Below are positions 38,201 to 48,346 of a DNA stretch of 64,000 nt, piece by piece. This stretch comes from Escherichia phage VEc25. The translations under genes and the position numbers were made by a program. The notes below the pieces were generated by a model. The model did no database searches, had not been told where the DNA came from, and was given only the letters and a program-made list of their open reading frames with translations. The stretch lies in sequence record MW175414.1; one strand, given 5' to 3'. Numbering within the stretch: the stretch's first letter is position 1; each line of letters starts with the position of its first letter.

Positions 38201-41200
38201 GCAGGGTTAGTACTATCAGGGTCAGCCATGAAATGTTCTACCGTAAGGTGTTTCATTACATGGGTATAAAGTTCCTGAGCACGAGCCATAGCATGTGGGT
38301 CAATTACAGCTTCAGTTGCTAATGCAGCAGTAACCATCTGGAATACAGATTGTTCCTGAGCAGTCATATTGAAGCCACGAGACTGAACATCACGAACTAG
38401 TCGAGTAGCACTCATTAATGCATTAGCCACATTGCCACGACGTTCTACTTCTGTAACTGGGTCAGTACGAAGGTAATCAGTTACCAGTTTATCGAAGGTC
38501 TGATTTAACTGAGACAGACGTTCATTGTTACCATATGCTTTGCTATGGAACAGTGTGCCATCTTTAGCTACTGCCTGAGTTGTAGGTTGGCTACGCATCA
38601 GAATTGCAGAATTAAACAGCAGATTAGAGAACATATCTTCTCCCAATGCAGGAGCTTGTTTACGTCCCCAAATCAATTTCTTAATGGCCTGATAAACATC
38701 TTTCACCATTTGAACCAGTGAAGATGTTCTCTTCTGTTTAGCAGCCAGAGCACGGTTAGCTAACCCCCAAGCCATAAACTCATTAAGAGCAGCAGCTTTA
38801 GAAATAGCTGGGTCAACAAAGCCATTACTCAAATGACCTTCAATAGTTGCAATAGCATCAGCATATGCTTCTCTCATTTCTGGAGAATCTTTGGAAATAT
38901 CCAGAGAACGGAACTGTTCCATCAGACCTTCAAGGTTCTCAATAGCCTGCTTAGATGTAGGGCTTACTTCATTACCCTGATAGAAGGAATAAACTTCCTC
39001 GAAGGTAGAAGCATGAACCAGTTCATGAATGAGGGTTTCCATAGATGGGCTAACCAGATAAATGGTCTTATCGTCGAAGTTAGTCCAGCCATAAATATTA
39101 CCTGCCTGAGCTTCTTCCATTTCCTGAGAAGTCAATTCAGTAACATTCTTCTGACGAGCATATTCTGCAACCTGAGTAGGTGTACCGTAGATAATCTTAT
39201 AGTCTTTAGCTGCCAGTGATTTCTGAATCTCTGCAAGAGTAGCTGCCTGAGTAGATGGCAGATTACTAATCTTAGCCAGGTTACGAATAGCAGTAGCAGA
39301 CAGGATACGAACACCGGATGCCTTATGCTCACGGCCTACCATACCAAAGTCTGGATTCACTGGTTCTTTTTCAGAAACAGTTTCTTCTTTGACTTCAGCC
39401 TTAGCCTTAGCGACTTTTTGTTTACGGGCTTCTAACTCTTCACGGAAAAGTTTATTCAGTTCATCAGCCTGTTGTTCAGGAGTCATATTGCTGAGGTCAA
39501 TCTTACCGTTGTTCTGATAAGGAGCACCTACAGCAGCCATCTGGTCAATGGACAGATTTACCTTATCCAGTACCTTATGGCGAATATCTACACCCAGTGC
39601 AATATTACGTAAGTTACGTTCAATCAGAGATGCAGCATTAGCAATATCATCTACAGTAGCATTCTCACGTTGGTCATATTCCAGGGCAGATTTACCAATT
39701 GCTTCCAATGCTTCAGGGGACAACTTGCTGAAATCTACATTCTTCATGAACTTAGTATATGATTCGTAAACATTCTTAATAGGGTTACCCTGCCAAGAAG
39801 TGTAAACAGCTTCATTAGCCTTACGACTAGCATCAGTAATGTCATTCAAACCAATGTTCATACCATCAAAGATTTTGAGGGTATTCTTTGGTGCACCTTT
39901 CATAGTGGAAAGAGTTTGCATCATCATGCCATCACCAGTACCAATAGTCATAAATGGAATACCTGCTACACCAGCCTGTGCTGGGGCATAGATACTCATT
40001 GGTACACGCATACGGTCATCAAGGTTAGTAGCTAATACCTGATTTGCTACTTCTGCATTTTCTGAGCCAGCAATGTAGAAAGTCTGAGAACCAGTCTCAA
40101 TCATAGGAGCTAAGTTATTCAGAGAAGCCTGAATATCATTCAGTTCTTTCTGAGTAAGGAAATCGCCTTTCTTCCATGTCGGGTCTTTAGCCTTCTCTGT
40201 CAGTTTCTCCTGTACTCGTTGTTTGAACATATCTTCCAGCACTACAGATTGAATCTGAGTAGCTTTCTGTAATTGTTCAGTGGAGTACACCAGACTTTCA
40301 CCTACAGTCTGAGTAATACCATTACGTAGTGGTTCTACAAAGAAGTGCAGCATATTTTCCTGAAGTGCCTTCAGTTGCTCACCCTTAATGGTATAGGTCT
40401 TAGGATTGATTTTCCCTTTGGCTCCTGCACCTGTGGATTGTAGTTCCAGTACACCTTTACGTTTAACAGGAACAGTAGAAGTCAGTGTTTCCATATCTTT
40501 CAGGAAACGAGCAAGAAGTTCTTCAGCATGTGCTTCTGAAGCAGCTTGCTTACCAAACATTGCCATAGCAGCAGAGATGTTTGGGTCTTTAGCACGAGCT
40601 TTCAGTACATCAGACATACGCTCATAGATGGCATCAGTAACAGAACTAACCAGCTTACCTGCAATACCACGAGCACCAGAACCATAGATAGTAATAGTCA
40701 GTGGGTTCTTAGCAATACCACGTTTAAGTTCTAAAGCACCATTCTCACCAAGATTAATATCCGGTAAGAACAAATCCATCAGAGAAAGAAGACTGTCTAT
40801 CTGGGACTGAATAGGCATATTAGAAGCGTAGTTACTACGTAACTTACCCAACGATTCCATCAAAGCATTAGTGGATGCTTGATATAAATCATTATTGTCA
40901 GCAGTAGAACGATGCTCATTCATGGTCTTATTTGGAGAACCAATGAATAAACCACCTTTGGCAATGTTACGAATCCAGTCAGGGGTAAACAGGCCACCTG
41001 TCATTAGCATCATGGCATTGATTGGACCATTAGTAACACCATCTGCTTCTACATACAGTGGGGTTACAAATGCAGATTTATCCTCTGCTACTAAGTAACG
41101 GGAATACTCCATAAGAGCCATCAATGCTACGAATGACTTCCTATCTCCTAATGCTGTATTCAGAACATCAACTGCATTTTCTGGTAAGGAACCAGTGGTA

Positions 41201-44200
41201 TTAAACTCAACCATCATATCAATGGCTGGTTTCAGATTACCTTCCAGTAATTTAGTTAACTCATCTGACATAACCTCACGAGTCATAGTATGGACTTTAA
41301 TGTCCAATGCCTGAGCCAGACCTAACTGGAATGCAGAGAAGTCTTCATTGTTCTGGTTCGATAAATCCAAAGTAGCTTTAGTAGGTAGGATAGCCTCACG
41401 AACCAGTTTGGCTGATTGAGGATTGTATTTACCTAACATCTGCATACGACCAACACGGGTCATATTGTATGCATAGTGAATAGGCACAGTAGAGATGTCT
41501 TCACTCTGTGCTCTTACCTGCTCAATGACGGAGAACAGTTGGTTGTAAGAGTCCTCTACTGAACGGTTCTTACCTTCCAGAGATTTAGCATGATTATCAT
41601 TAAGTAACTCTTTATTCAGAGTACCAGCACCCATCAGTTCGAGAATACGGTCTTTACCTAACGTCTCATAGAATTGAACCATTGGAGTGTGTACATAGAA
41701 CTCTGTAGCCTGTTCTGCTTTCAATGCAGCCTTCTGTTCTGGAGTATTACGAACAGCAGGATTACGAAGCTGAGTATTAGCTACAGGAGGAATGTCATTA
41801 CCAAAGAACATCTTCTCTGTAGGATTTACTAAAACAGCTTCTTCAATAGCAGTAGGGAAGCTATTAATTGGGTCGAAGGAATCCAGTTCAGTAATGGTGT
41901 ACAGACCAATCGTCTTCTTATTATCTGGGTCAATTTCTGACATATCCACGATGTTCTCTACAACATCAGTAGACTCTACAAATGCAGCCAGAATTTCAGC
42001 AGCCATTGCTGTAGGGATACCTTTGGTATAACCCAATGGAGCATTTGGATTACGAGATAATCCCCAGTAAGACTCAATTTTCTGAGCCAGGGAACTAACT
42101 GCTTCAGTGAGTGTCATACCAGTATCAAATTGCTCTACTAAACCCTCTGGCAGCAGAGCTTGGTCAATACCAGTAATAGCAGCAACATCTTTTGCATCTT
42201 TGATAGCAGTATTGCTGGTAGCAGTAAGTCTCCACTGAAGACCTGCTAATACAGCAGTCTGTAGCAATTGCTCGTTGTACTTAAAGGTATCCCCATCCTG
42301 TTCAACGATGTTAAGTAACTTACCACCTACCCAACGGTTGGCTTCTGTACCCTGAGCAAAACGTTTACCAACATCCTTAGTGTTAAGGAACTTAGCCAGA
42401 CGGGAACGAAGAATACCAGCAATACCTTCCCCATGTTCCATGAGTTCTTTATATCGCTTAATAACTTCCCCATTAAAAGCAGGATTAGCAACTTCTTTCT
42501 CAGTAAAGAGTTCATAACGAGCACGAGAAGACAGAGCTTGAGCTACCTCTTTTAGAGGTGCTTCTGAACCAACAGTACGGGATTTCTGTTCTTCCGGTAA
42601 GGTAAAGGACAATTTGAAATAGTTCTTAATACCCTCTGCTTTAGAATCAGCAGTACCTACTAGTGAAGGGTAAACAGCATCAATACCTTCTCTTAATTCT
42701 TCTGTAACTGTACTTTCTTTTGCAGAAGTTTCAGTTTCTTTAACAGATTCAGTAGGTTGCTTGATGTTGTCCTCATTAGTAAGGTTAACATCCCGTTTTT
42801 CAGACTGGCTCACAGGTTCTTTTATAGCCTGTGGTCTAGACTCTTTAGTAGTAGGTTCTGTTTTAACAGGTTCACTAACAGGAGTCTTAGTCTGTACAGT
42901 AGATGTAACTGGTTCCTGTTTTGTAACAGGAGTTTCTTTAACCTGATTCACGGAGTCAGCTTTCTGTTGAGAAGAAGCAACGTCTCGATTGCCTTGACGG
43001 AATGCCTTGACCACCTCAGCAGCAGGGGCGTTAAGACGTGAATCCAATGGAGTAACTTCTATATGACTGACCTTCAGTTCCGGGTAAGCCGAAGCGAGGG
43101 CATTAGCAATATCCGCTACCGTTTTCGCTTCAAGAGCAACTTGCTGGGCAAATTTAACCGACTTAGTGTCATAGGGATTGACCCCCAATCCGGTACGGCT
43201 ACGAACCCATTCTCTGTCGGCAGTAAGAGCTTGGTAGTGGACAGACTTATTCTTATCCGCATTCCCCGTAACAAGATGCTCATTCAACGCTCCAACCTTA
43301 TTCTGCATGTGCTGGGCGAACTGCATAAAGTCGTTCAGGTAAGCGGAGGCCAACTCGAAATTACCAGAGTTATACGCAGACCGAATCCTATTCGCATGTT
43401 GCAACGCAGAGTATTGTCCTTCCTGAGTTCTGCTCTCATCCGTTTTAATCTGTTTACTCACAATGTCTTGAGGACGTAATCCAAGACGGGCAGCTTCTGC
43501 ATCATATTCCCGTGCCCCCTTCAGGATTGCAGCAGCATTCTGAAGGGCAGCAATTTGGCGATTATTCAGTTTAATACGACCATCAGCAGCATGTTTAAGA
43601 ACAACATTTACAGATTCTGGATTGAGCTTTTCAGGAGCTACTTCAGCAGCTAATGCTACGTTCTGCATTTCCTGTGGACTGGATTCTTCAGTCACATCCA
43701 AAGAACCATTCTGGGCAGATTCATTAATCATTCGATTAATGACATTCAATGCACCAATTACTTTTGGTGTGTTCTGAATATTAGCTGTCAGATTTGTGTA
43801 ACGATTGAGTAACTCAATAGCCGGAGAATCTTTAGGAATGCTATCCAGTGCAGCAGGGTCACGGTTAATGAATTGCTCAAACTCTGAAACAGCATCATAC
43901 ATATAAGATGCAGCTTCCATCAGTGCTTGAGGATTAGATTCATCTAATGTGTTAACTAGGTCTGCTAACTTTTGAATAACCTGTACTTGGTCAGTAGAAC
44001 CAGCTACAGCATTACGAATATGCTCTGGTGCTTCCTGATAATTTTCAGGATTAAAACGAGTAGCATTCATTAAGTCAGAAACATACTGGTGTGCTGCAAC
44101 TTTCTGTTCTGGAGTAGCATCAGTTGCTTCAACAGCATCACGAATAGTAACTTCTGCTTCTGGTGCTTGAGCCATAGCTTCTTGTGCTGCCTGTGCAACA

Positions 44201-45708
44201 TAGTCATCAGCAACAGGAGATGCTTCTTCATTCTGCTTCATAACCCGTTCACCACGAGCTACCAAAGTGTTCTTAATAGGGGAAACAACCTTACCTGCTA
44301 CACTACCAGCAGCTTTAACACCAGCCATTGTGGTACGCAATACAGGAGCAGTTGCAGCACCTGCTAAACGAGCAGCACCAGCCGGAGCCTGTACAACACC
44401 AGCAGAACCAAAGCCATAAAGAGCACCTAAACCAGCTTGTGTACCGACACCTTTAAGCAGGTCTTGGTTCTTATCAATGTTTTGTTGCTGTGCAATATTC
44501 TGAGCCAGTTGGCCTGTAGCACCCTGAACACCTTCTTCCACTGTTTCACGGGCAAGGTTCATACCTACAGCACCTAAAGAACCAGCACGGAAAGGAGCCA
44601 TCTCAAAACGAGATACCAGAGGACCAGTTGCAGCAGCAATAGGTAATTGAATAGCAGCAGCAGTAAGACCAGTTTCAGATGCAGTCTGACGACGAGCCTG
44701 TTCTGGAGACATACCATCTTTAATATGTTGTTGATAAACAGGAGACTTCTCTAAGTCTTTAAGACTCATCTTCATAATTTCATCAGCAGTTTGTTGGTAT
44801 GCACCACCAGCTTCCATTGCACCAACACCAACTATACCTGGTGCAGCTCTGCCTACAGTAGAAGCAATACGAGCCAGGGACTGAGTACCAGTACCTGCAT
44901 CAATAGCACCAGCCAATGCAGCACTACGAAGAGTATTTACTGGAACAACTGCTTTACCCAGTAAAGATGCACCCCTTAATACAGGACCAGCACCTAATAG
45001 AGAACCTACCCCTTCCGCTAACCCATCAGAAATAATAGAGTCAGTTTGAGCAGCGTTCTCAATTGAACCTACAAAATCACGTCCAAATTTAGATAAGGAA
45101 GCTACTATGTCATTAGTGCCTTCTTTCTTATCTGTTTGATACTGACGTTCACTCTCTACTTCACTCATTAAGTTACGAGCAGCAAAGAGCTTACGTTTAT
45201 CTTGTAATGCTTGGCTTTGGGTAGCATGGACAGCATCATTAAACTTACTCAATTGTTGAGCAACAACAGCACCTGCATCATCGTTGAGTAAGCCTGCTCC
45301 AAGAGCACCAATGCCCCCAAGGGTATTAACAAAACCAAGACCAACACCAGTAGCAATATCCCCCAGTTCTTCCCCAGGAGTTCTTGTAGTAACTGAATCA
45401 TTAAATACCTGGTTCCCTGCATCAGCACGAGCGTTGATAAGTTGTAAGCCTTGCTCAACCCCATACTTATTCATGATTTGCATTGGAGTCAGATTCATGA
45501 AATCTGATTGCACTGTCCCTGGTTCAAATGCATTAGCCCCAACATTACCAGTACGGGCAGCTTGCATTTGATAAGCAGCATCAGGAGAAACAAGAGGAGT
45601 AGTGACACCTTGTTCAGCTTTCTTCTGGGCGGTTGCAGTAGAGACGTCAACTTGCTTTGCATTGGTTACGCTGTCTGCGAACCCAGCCAGTCTATCAAAT
45701 ACTGACAT
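35206..45708 (-). CDS. Virion-encapsidated RNA polymerase (N4 gp50-like), 3500 aa
   Basis: Giant ORF with an ATG at 45708; the central region carries T7-like motif A (EADGVTNGPINAMML), motif B (KRGIAKNPLTITIYGSG) and a motif C-like IFDGMN segment. Confidence 0.85.
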   Translation of the reverse strand: MSVFDRLAGFADSVTNAKQVDVSTATAQKKAEQGVTTPLVSPDAAYQMQAARTGNVGANAFEPGTVQSDFMNLTPMQIMNKYGVEQGLQLINARADAGNQVFNDSVTTRTPGEELGDIATGVGLGFVNTLGGIGALGAGLLNDDAGAVVAQQLSKFNDAVHATQSQALQDKRKLFAARNLMSEVESERQYQTDKKEGTNDIVASLSKFGRDFVGSIENAAQTDSIISDGLAEGVGSLLGAGPVLRGASLLGKAVVPVNTLRSAALAGAIDAGTGTQSLARIASTVGRAAPGIVGVGAMEAGGAYQQTADEIMKMSLKDLEKSPVYQQHIKDGMSPEQARRQTASETGLTAAAIQLPIAAATGPLVSRFEMAPFRAGSLGAVGMNLARETVEEGVQGATGQLAQNIAQQQNIDKNQDLLKGVGTQAGLGALYGFGSAGVVQAPAGAARLAGAATAPVLRTTMAGVKAAGSVAGKVVSPIKNTLVARGERVMKQNEEASPVADDYVAQAAQEAMAQAPEAEVTIRDAVEATDATPEQKVAAHQYVSDLMNATRFNPENYQEAPEHIRNAVAGSTDQVQVIQKLADLVNTLDESNPQALMEAASYMYDAVSEFEQFINRDPAALDSIPKDSPAIELLNRYTNLTANIQNTPKVIGALNVINRMINESAQNGSLDVTEESSPQEMQNVALAAEVAPEKLNPESVNVVLKHAADGRIKLNNRQIAALQNAAAILKGAREYDAEAARLGLRPQDIVSKQIKTDESRTQEGQYSALQHANRIRSAYNSGNFELASAYLNDFMQFAQHMQNKVGALNEHLVTGNADKNKSVHYQALTADREWVRSRTGLGVNPYDTKSVKFAQQVALEAKTVADIANALASAYPELKVSHIEVTPLDSRLNAPAAEVVKAFRQGNRDVASSQQKADSVNQVKETPVTKQEPVTSTVQTKTPVSEPVKTEPTTKESRPQAIKEPVSQSEKRDVNLTNEDNIKQPTESVKETETSAKESTVTEELREGIDAVYPSLVGTADSKAEGIKNYFKLSFTLPEEQKSRTVGSEAPLKEVAQALSSRARYELFTEKEVANPAFNGEVIKRYKELMEHGEGIAGILRSRLAKFLNTKDVGKRFAQGTEANRWVGGKLLNIVEQDGDTFKYNEQLLQTAVLAGLQWRLTATSNTAIKDAKDVAAITGIDQALLPEGLVEQFDTGMTLTEAVSSLAQKIESYWGLSRNPNAPLGYTKGIPTAMAAEILAAFVESTDVVENIVDMSEIDPDNKKTIGLYTITELDSFDPINSFPTAIEEAVLVNPTEKMFFGNDIPPVANTQLRNPAVRNTPEQKAALKAEQATEFYVHTPMVQFYETLGKDRILELMGAGTLNKELLNDNHAKSLEGKNRSVEDSYNQLFSVIEQVRAQSEDISTVPIHYAYNMTRVGRMQMLGKYNPQSAKLVREAILPTKATLDLSNQNNEDFSAFQLGLAQALDIKVHTMTREVMSDELTKLLEGNLKPAIDMMVEFNTTGSLPENAVDVLNTALGDRKSFVALMALMEYSRYLVAEDKSAFVTPLYVEADGVTNGPINAMMLMTGGLFTPDWIRNIAKGGLFIGSPNKTMNEHRSTADNNDLYQASTNALMESLGKLRSNYASNMPIQSQIDSLLSLMDLFLPDINLGENGALELKRGIAKNPLTITIYGSGARGIAGKLVSSVTDAIYERMSDVLKARAKDPNISAAMAMFGKQAASEAHAEELLARFLKDMETLTSTVPVKRKGVLELQSTGAGAKGKINPKTYTIKGEQLKALQENMLHFFVEPLRNGITQTVGESLVYSTEQLQKATQIQSVVLEDMFKQRVQEKLTEKAKDPTWKKGDFLTQKELNDIQASLNNLAPMIETGSQTFYIAGSENAEVANQVLATNLDDRMRVPMSIYAPAQAGVAGIPFMTIGTGDGMMMQTLSTMKGAPKNTLKIFDGMNIGLNDITDASRKANEAVYTSWQGNPIKNVYESYTKFMKNVDFSKLSPEALEAIGKSALEYDQRENATVDDIANAASLIERNLRNIALGVDIRHKVLDKVNLSIDQMAAVGAPYQNNGKIDLSNMTPEQQADELNKLFREELEARKQKVAKAKAEVKEETVSEKEPVNPDFGMVGREHKASGVRILSATAIRNLAKISNLPSTQAATLAEIQKSLAAKDYKIIYGTPTQVAEYARQKNVTELTSQEMEEAQAGNIYGWTNFDDKTIYLVSPSMETLIHELVHASTFEEVYSFYQGNEVSPTSKQAIENLEGLMEQFRSLDISKDSPEMREAYADAIATIEGHLSNGFVDPAISKAAALNEFMAWGLANRALAAKQKRTSSLVQMVKDVYQAIKKLIWGRKQAPALGEDMFSNLLFNSAILMRSQPTTQAVAKDGTLFHSKAYGNNERLSQLNQTFDKLVTDYLRTDPVTEVERRGNVANALMSATRLVRDVQSRGFNMTAQEQSVFQMVTAALATEAVIDPHAMARAQELYTHVMKHLTVEHFMADPDSTNPADRYYAQQKYDTISGANLVEVDAKGRTSLLPTFLGLAMVNEELRSIIKEMPVPKADKKLGNDVDTLLTNTGTQVMESLNRRMAGDQKATNVQDSIDALSETIMTAALKRESFYDAVATPTGNFIDRANQYVTDSIERLSETVIEKADKVIANPSNVAAKGVAHLAKLTAAIASEKQGEIVAQGVMTAMNQGKVWQPFHDLVNDIVGRTKTNANVYDLIKLVKSQISQDRQQFREHLPTVIAGKFSRKLTDTEWSAMHTGLGKTDLAVLRETMSMAEIRDLLSSPKKVKDEISTLEKEIQNQAGRNWNLVQKKSKQLAQYMITGEVGNNLLRNAHAISRLLGERITNGPVADVAAIDKLITLYSLELMNKSDRGLLSELAQSEVEGMEFSIAYMVGQRTEEMRKAKSDNRTLLNHFKGYIPVENQQGVNLIIADDKEFAKLNSQSFTRIGTYQGSTGFRTGSKGYYFSPVAARAPYSQGILQNVRNTAGGVDIGTGFTLGTMVAGRITDKPTVERITKALAKGERGREPLMPIYNSKGQVVAYEQSVDPNMLKHLNQDNHFAKMVGVWRGRQVEEAKAQRFNDILIEQLHAMYEKDIKDSSASKSQYVNLLGKIDDPVLADAINLMNIETRRKAEELFGKDELWVRRDMLNDALGYRAASIGDVWTGNSRWSPSTLDTVKKMFLGAFGNKAYHVVMNAENTIQNLVKDAKTVIVVKSVVVPAVNFLANIYQMIGRGVPVKDIAVNIPRKTSEINQYIKSRLRQIDAEAELRAAEGNPNLVRKLKTEIQSITDSHRRMSIWPLIEAGEFSSIADAGISRDDLLVAEGKIHEYMEKLANKLPEKVRNAGRYALIAKDTALFQGIQKTVEYSDFIAKAIIYDDLVKRKKKSSSEALGQVTEEFVNYDRLPGRFRGYMESMGLMWFYNFKIRSIKVAMSMIRNNPVHSLIATVVPAPAMFGNVGLPIQDNMLTMLAEGRLDYSLGFGQGLRAPTLNPWFNLTH

Positions 45709-45765
45709 AGTAGGTTTCCTATACAAACTTATATCTATTAGAAATCACACTATACCTAGTGTAAG

Positions 45766-45795
45766 GACGAGAAAAAAGCCCCGAAGGGCTTTTGT
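45766..45795 (-). terminator. Rho-independent terminator (minus strand)
   Basis: Minus-strand hairpin aagccc-ttcg-gggctt followed by TTTTTTCT, between the upstream virion gene and the vRNAP gene. Confidence 0.5.
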
Positions 45796-45808
45796 ATTAT
45801 GGTAGAAA

Positions 45809-47743
45809 TTAACGAGGAAATATATCAGGGATACCCAATCGACGTCCGGCATCTCTGCCTAAACTTCTCCGGTTTGCCTCGCTCTCTTCCTGTTTAATAT
45901 TTTGTAGGCTCTTAATATCCAAATTCTGAGGGTCAGCAGCTACAGCATTACGAGCACCATCAAGAAGACGTTTAGCAGTGTTAACTCGCTCTTGATAGCG
46001 AGGTAGTACACTTCTAAGGTTTTCCTGACCGGTCTGAATACGACGCTGTACTTCACGTAAATCAGCAAGTGCAGTATCTAACGTATTCTGTGCTGCATAG
46101 ATGTTTGATTGAATTTGTGCAGTAAGCTGATTACGAGCATTCTGTTCAATAGCAGTACCAGTAGTTGCAAGTTTTGCATTTGCTTCTACGGCTGCTTTAT
46201 CCAGTTGGTAATCACCGCCCAAATCAATAACATCAGTATCAAAGGCATTTCGAATACCACTAAACCATCCCTCTGGTTTACCAGTGATACTACGTTGAAT
46301 GATTGCTCCTGCCATAGCGGGAGAAATAGCATTCTGTTTTGCTACCTCATTGATTTGTCGAACCAGTGCACCTTGGTTAATGCCTTTCAGTTCATTGCTA
46401 TCAATAATACGTTTAGCCACCTGACCAGTCGTAGAAGGGTCAACAGTAGCAGCTTGGTATTCAGGCAGCAGAGTATTACCAATATTCTGCATATTACGAG
46501 TACCAACAGTATTACCAGCAACAGAAGTGAATGCTTGTTCTTGTAATGGATTAATAGAATTACCTGTTTCTGCTTGAGCAATGTAATCCTTCATTTCATC
46601 CCATGACAGGTTCTTATAAGCACCAGGAGTATCATCTGGTAAAGCAGCCCATGTACTCTTCAGATTGCCATTCTTACGGGCATTAAAAATAGCTTCACCC
46701 AGTTTGTCTTGGTTCTCCGGAGACATAGGAATGTTCTGCCAATCTTCACCAAATACCTTTGGAGCAAAGTCTTTAAGGGTATCTTGGTTAATCTGGTATG
46801 CACCAACAGGAGAAGCACCTAGTGTCTTCTTCATAGTGTCTTGATGCTGAACCACCTCACCTAAGTTCATCTGAGTAATAGGTACATCAGTTGGTGTGAA
46901 CTTATAGGTAGTGTCATATGCAGAACCATTCCGAGTACCCTGAGTACCAGGAGGAGATAGAGATGCAGAACCAGTTCCCGGGGTATATGCACCTGGATAT
47001 GCTCTATCTAACTGAGATAGTGCACGACTTACTGCTCCTGGTGACATTTGGTCGAACGTACCCTCTGCAAGCATACGAGCATCGTCAGCACTGTATGCAC
47101 CACGACGAATATTATTCAGTAACTGCATAGCAGCCTGAGTATCCGCATCGTTACGCATATCAACACCTAAGTCGAATAAGCTACGACGTTGACCAATACC
47201 AGCAGTACCCTGCCCTTGAAGGTTGTTCATGTAGTCCATAACAACACCAGCAGGAAGGGTTTTTAATACATCCCCATACTGAGCCTGTGCTGCCTGAACC
47301 TTTCTTGGGTCACCAGATTGATAAGCCAGAGCCAATTCCTGCAATGCAGGAGCAGCAGCATCAGTAGCTGCATTTACCTTCATGATTCTGTCATTACTGT
47401 ATCGAGTGAAATCCAGATTTTGTTGTTTAGATGCTTGGTCTAACAGATTGCCAGCACGATTATCTAAGTTCTCCATAGTACGAGAAGAAATTAGAGAAGG
47501 GTCATAGCCAGCAAATAATGCTCCAGAAGCTAAGGCATTACGATACTCATTAGGGTCTTGGTAACGCATGGCTTCAGCCATAATTGCATCACCAGCTTGC
47601 TGTCTTGCAGAGTTTCGAAAATCACCTAATGCATTACTCAATCCGGCAGTGGCATTACCCAGCATATTGGAGAAAGTACGAATACTATCCCCAACACCAG
47701 AGAAAGAAGGAGCATCAACATTACGCCAGGTTATCTGACTCAT
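45809..47743 (-). CDS. Virion structural protein (hypothetical)
   Basis: 644 aa from the ATG at 47743 (ggaggc RBS, ATGA overlap with the upstream gene); located in the late operon next to vRNAP. Confidence 0.5.
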   Translation of the reverse strand: MSQITWRNVDAPSFSGVGDSIRTFSNMLGNATAGLSNALGDFRNSARQQAGDAIMAEAMRYQDPNEYRNALASGALFAGYDPSLISSRTMENLDNRAGNLLDQASKQQNLDFTRYSNDRIMKVNAATDAAAPALQELALAYQSGDPRKVQAAQAQYGDVLKTLPAGVVMDYMNNLQGQGTAGIGQRRSLFDLGVDMRNDADTQAAMQLLNNIRRGAYSADDARMLAEGTFDQMSPGAVSRALSQLDRAYPGAYTPGTGSASLSPPGTQGTRNGSAYDTTYKFTPTDVPITQMNLGEVVQHQDTMKKTLGASPVGAYQINQDTLKDFAPKVFGEDWQNIPMSPENQDKLGEAIFNARKNGNLKSTWAALPDDTPGAYKNLSWDEMKDYIAQAETGNSINPLQEQAFTSVAGNTVGTRNMQNIGNTLLPEYQAATVDPSTTGQVAKRIIDSNELKGINQGALVRQINEVAKQNAISPAMAGAIIQRSITGKPEGWFSGIRNAFDTDVIDLGGDYQLDKAAVEANAKLATTGTAIEQNARNQLTAQIQSNIYAAQNTLDTALADLREVQRRIQTGQENLRSVLPRYQERVNTAKRLLDGARNAVAADPQNLDIKSLQNIKQEESEANRRSLGRDAGRRLGIPDIFPR

Positions 47744-48276
47744 ACGTATAGCCTCCATCCACGGTGAGATTCACAAGTACCATCTCGCAAACGGTACATT
47801 TGCTTACGACTTAACCCGTGCTCACGGCAGAATTTGTTTAAATTAATAATTTCCACAACATCACCATTGGGGTTTATGTACCAATGAGACTTACTATTAG
47901 CCTTAGCTACGTTGTCAGACACTGGGATTAGTTTACAAACTTTTGGACTATACTCAGGGGCAAGTCCATTATCTTTATCCAACTGGTAGTTATTGTTTTC
48001 TGGGTCAATGCCTAAAAGGGAGCAAGTATCATAGTACCACTGAGCGAAGTCTTGGTAGTTACCCCATTCTTTACTAACAACAACCCCTTTCGCACCGTAT
48101 TGGGAATACCCAGGATTAGCCGGATTGTAGCACCGCATAAACATCCCCCACCATCTTATGTATGCAGAGCATGTTTTACTGCCATCTTTTGTTTTAGTAG
48201 AAAACTTACAACCAGAGTTAACCATATGAGCAGGTTTCCACTGAACGTTAATATTTGAGTTTGGGTATTGTTTCAT
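47740..48276 (-). CDS. Hypothetical protein with W-x2-M-x2-RC-x-NP / YGxxG motif (homing-endonuclease-associated domain candidate)
   Basis: 178 aa from the ATG at 48276 (aggaga RBS); IRWWGMFMRCYNPANPGYSQYGAKGVVV resembles a motif seen in phage proteins often annotated as HNH/homing endonuclease. Confidence 0.4.
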   Translation of the reverse strand: MKQYPNSNINVQWKPAHMVNSGCKFSTKTKDGSKTCSAYIRWWGMFMRCYNPANPGYSQYGAKGVVVSKEWGNYQDFAQWYYDTCSLLGIDPENNNYQLDKDNGLAPEYSPKVCKLIPVSDNVAKANSKSHWYINPNGDVVEIINLNKFCREHGLSRKQMYRLRDGTCESHRGWRLYV

Positions 48277-48346
48277 AGTTGTTCTCCTAATATTGGCACA
48301 CACTAACTAAACAATACCCAAATCTCAATGAGCCATGTGATACCTC

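Noticed and set aside
35377-45705. Multiple 60-140 aa plus-strand ORFs inside the vRNAP gene
   Set aside because: All lie antisense within a single 3500-aa ORF that carries RNAP motifs; they are chance ORFs.
35206-45726. Giant ORF as tape-measure, tail fibre or toxin
   Set aside because: T7-like RNAP motifs A, B and C in the central region and the gene's position as the first late gene fit a virion RNA polymerase.
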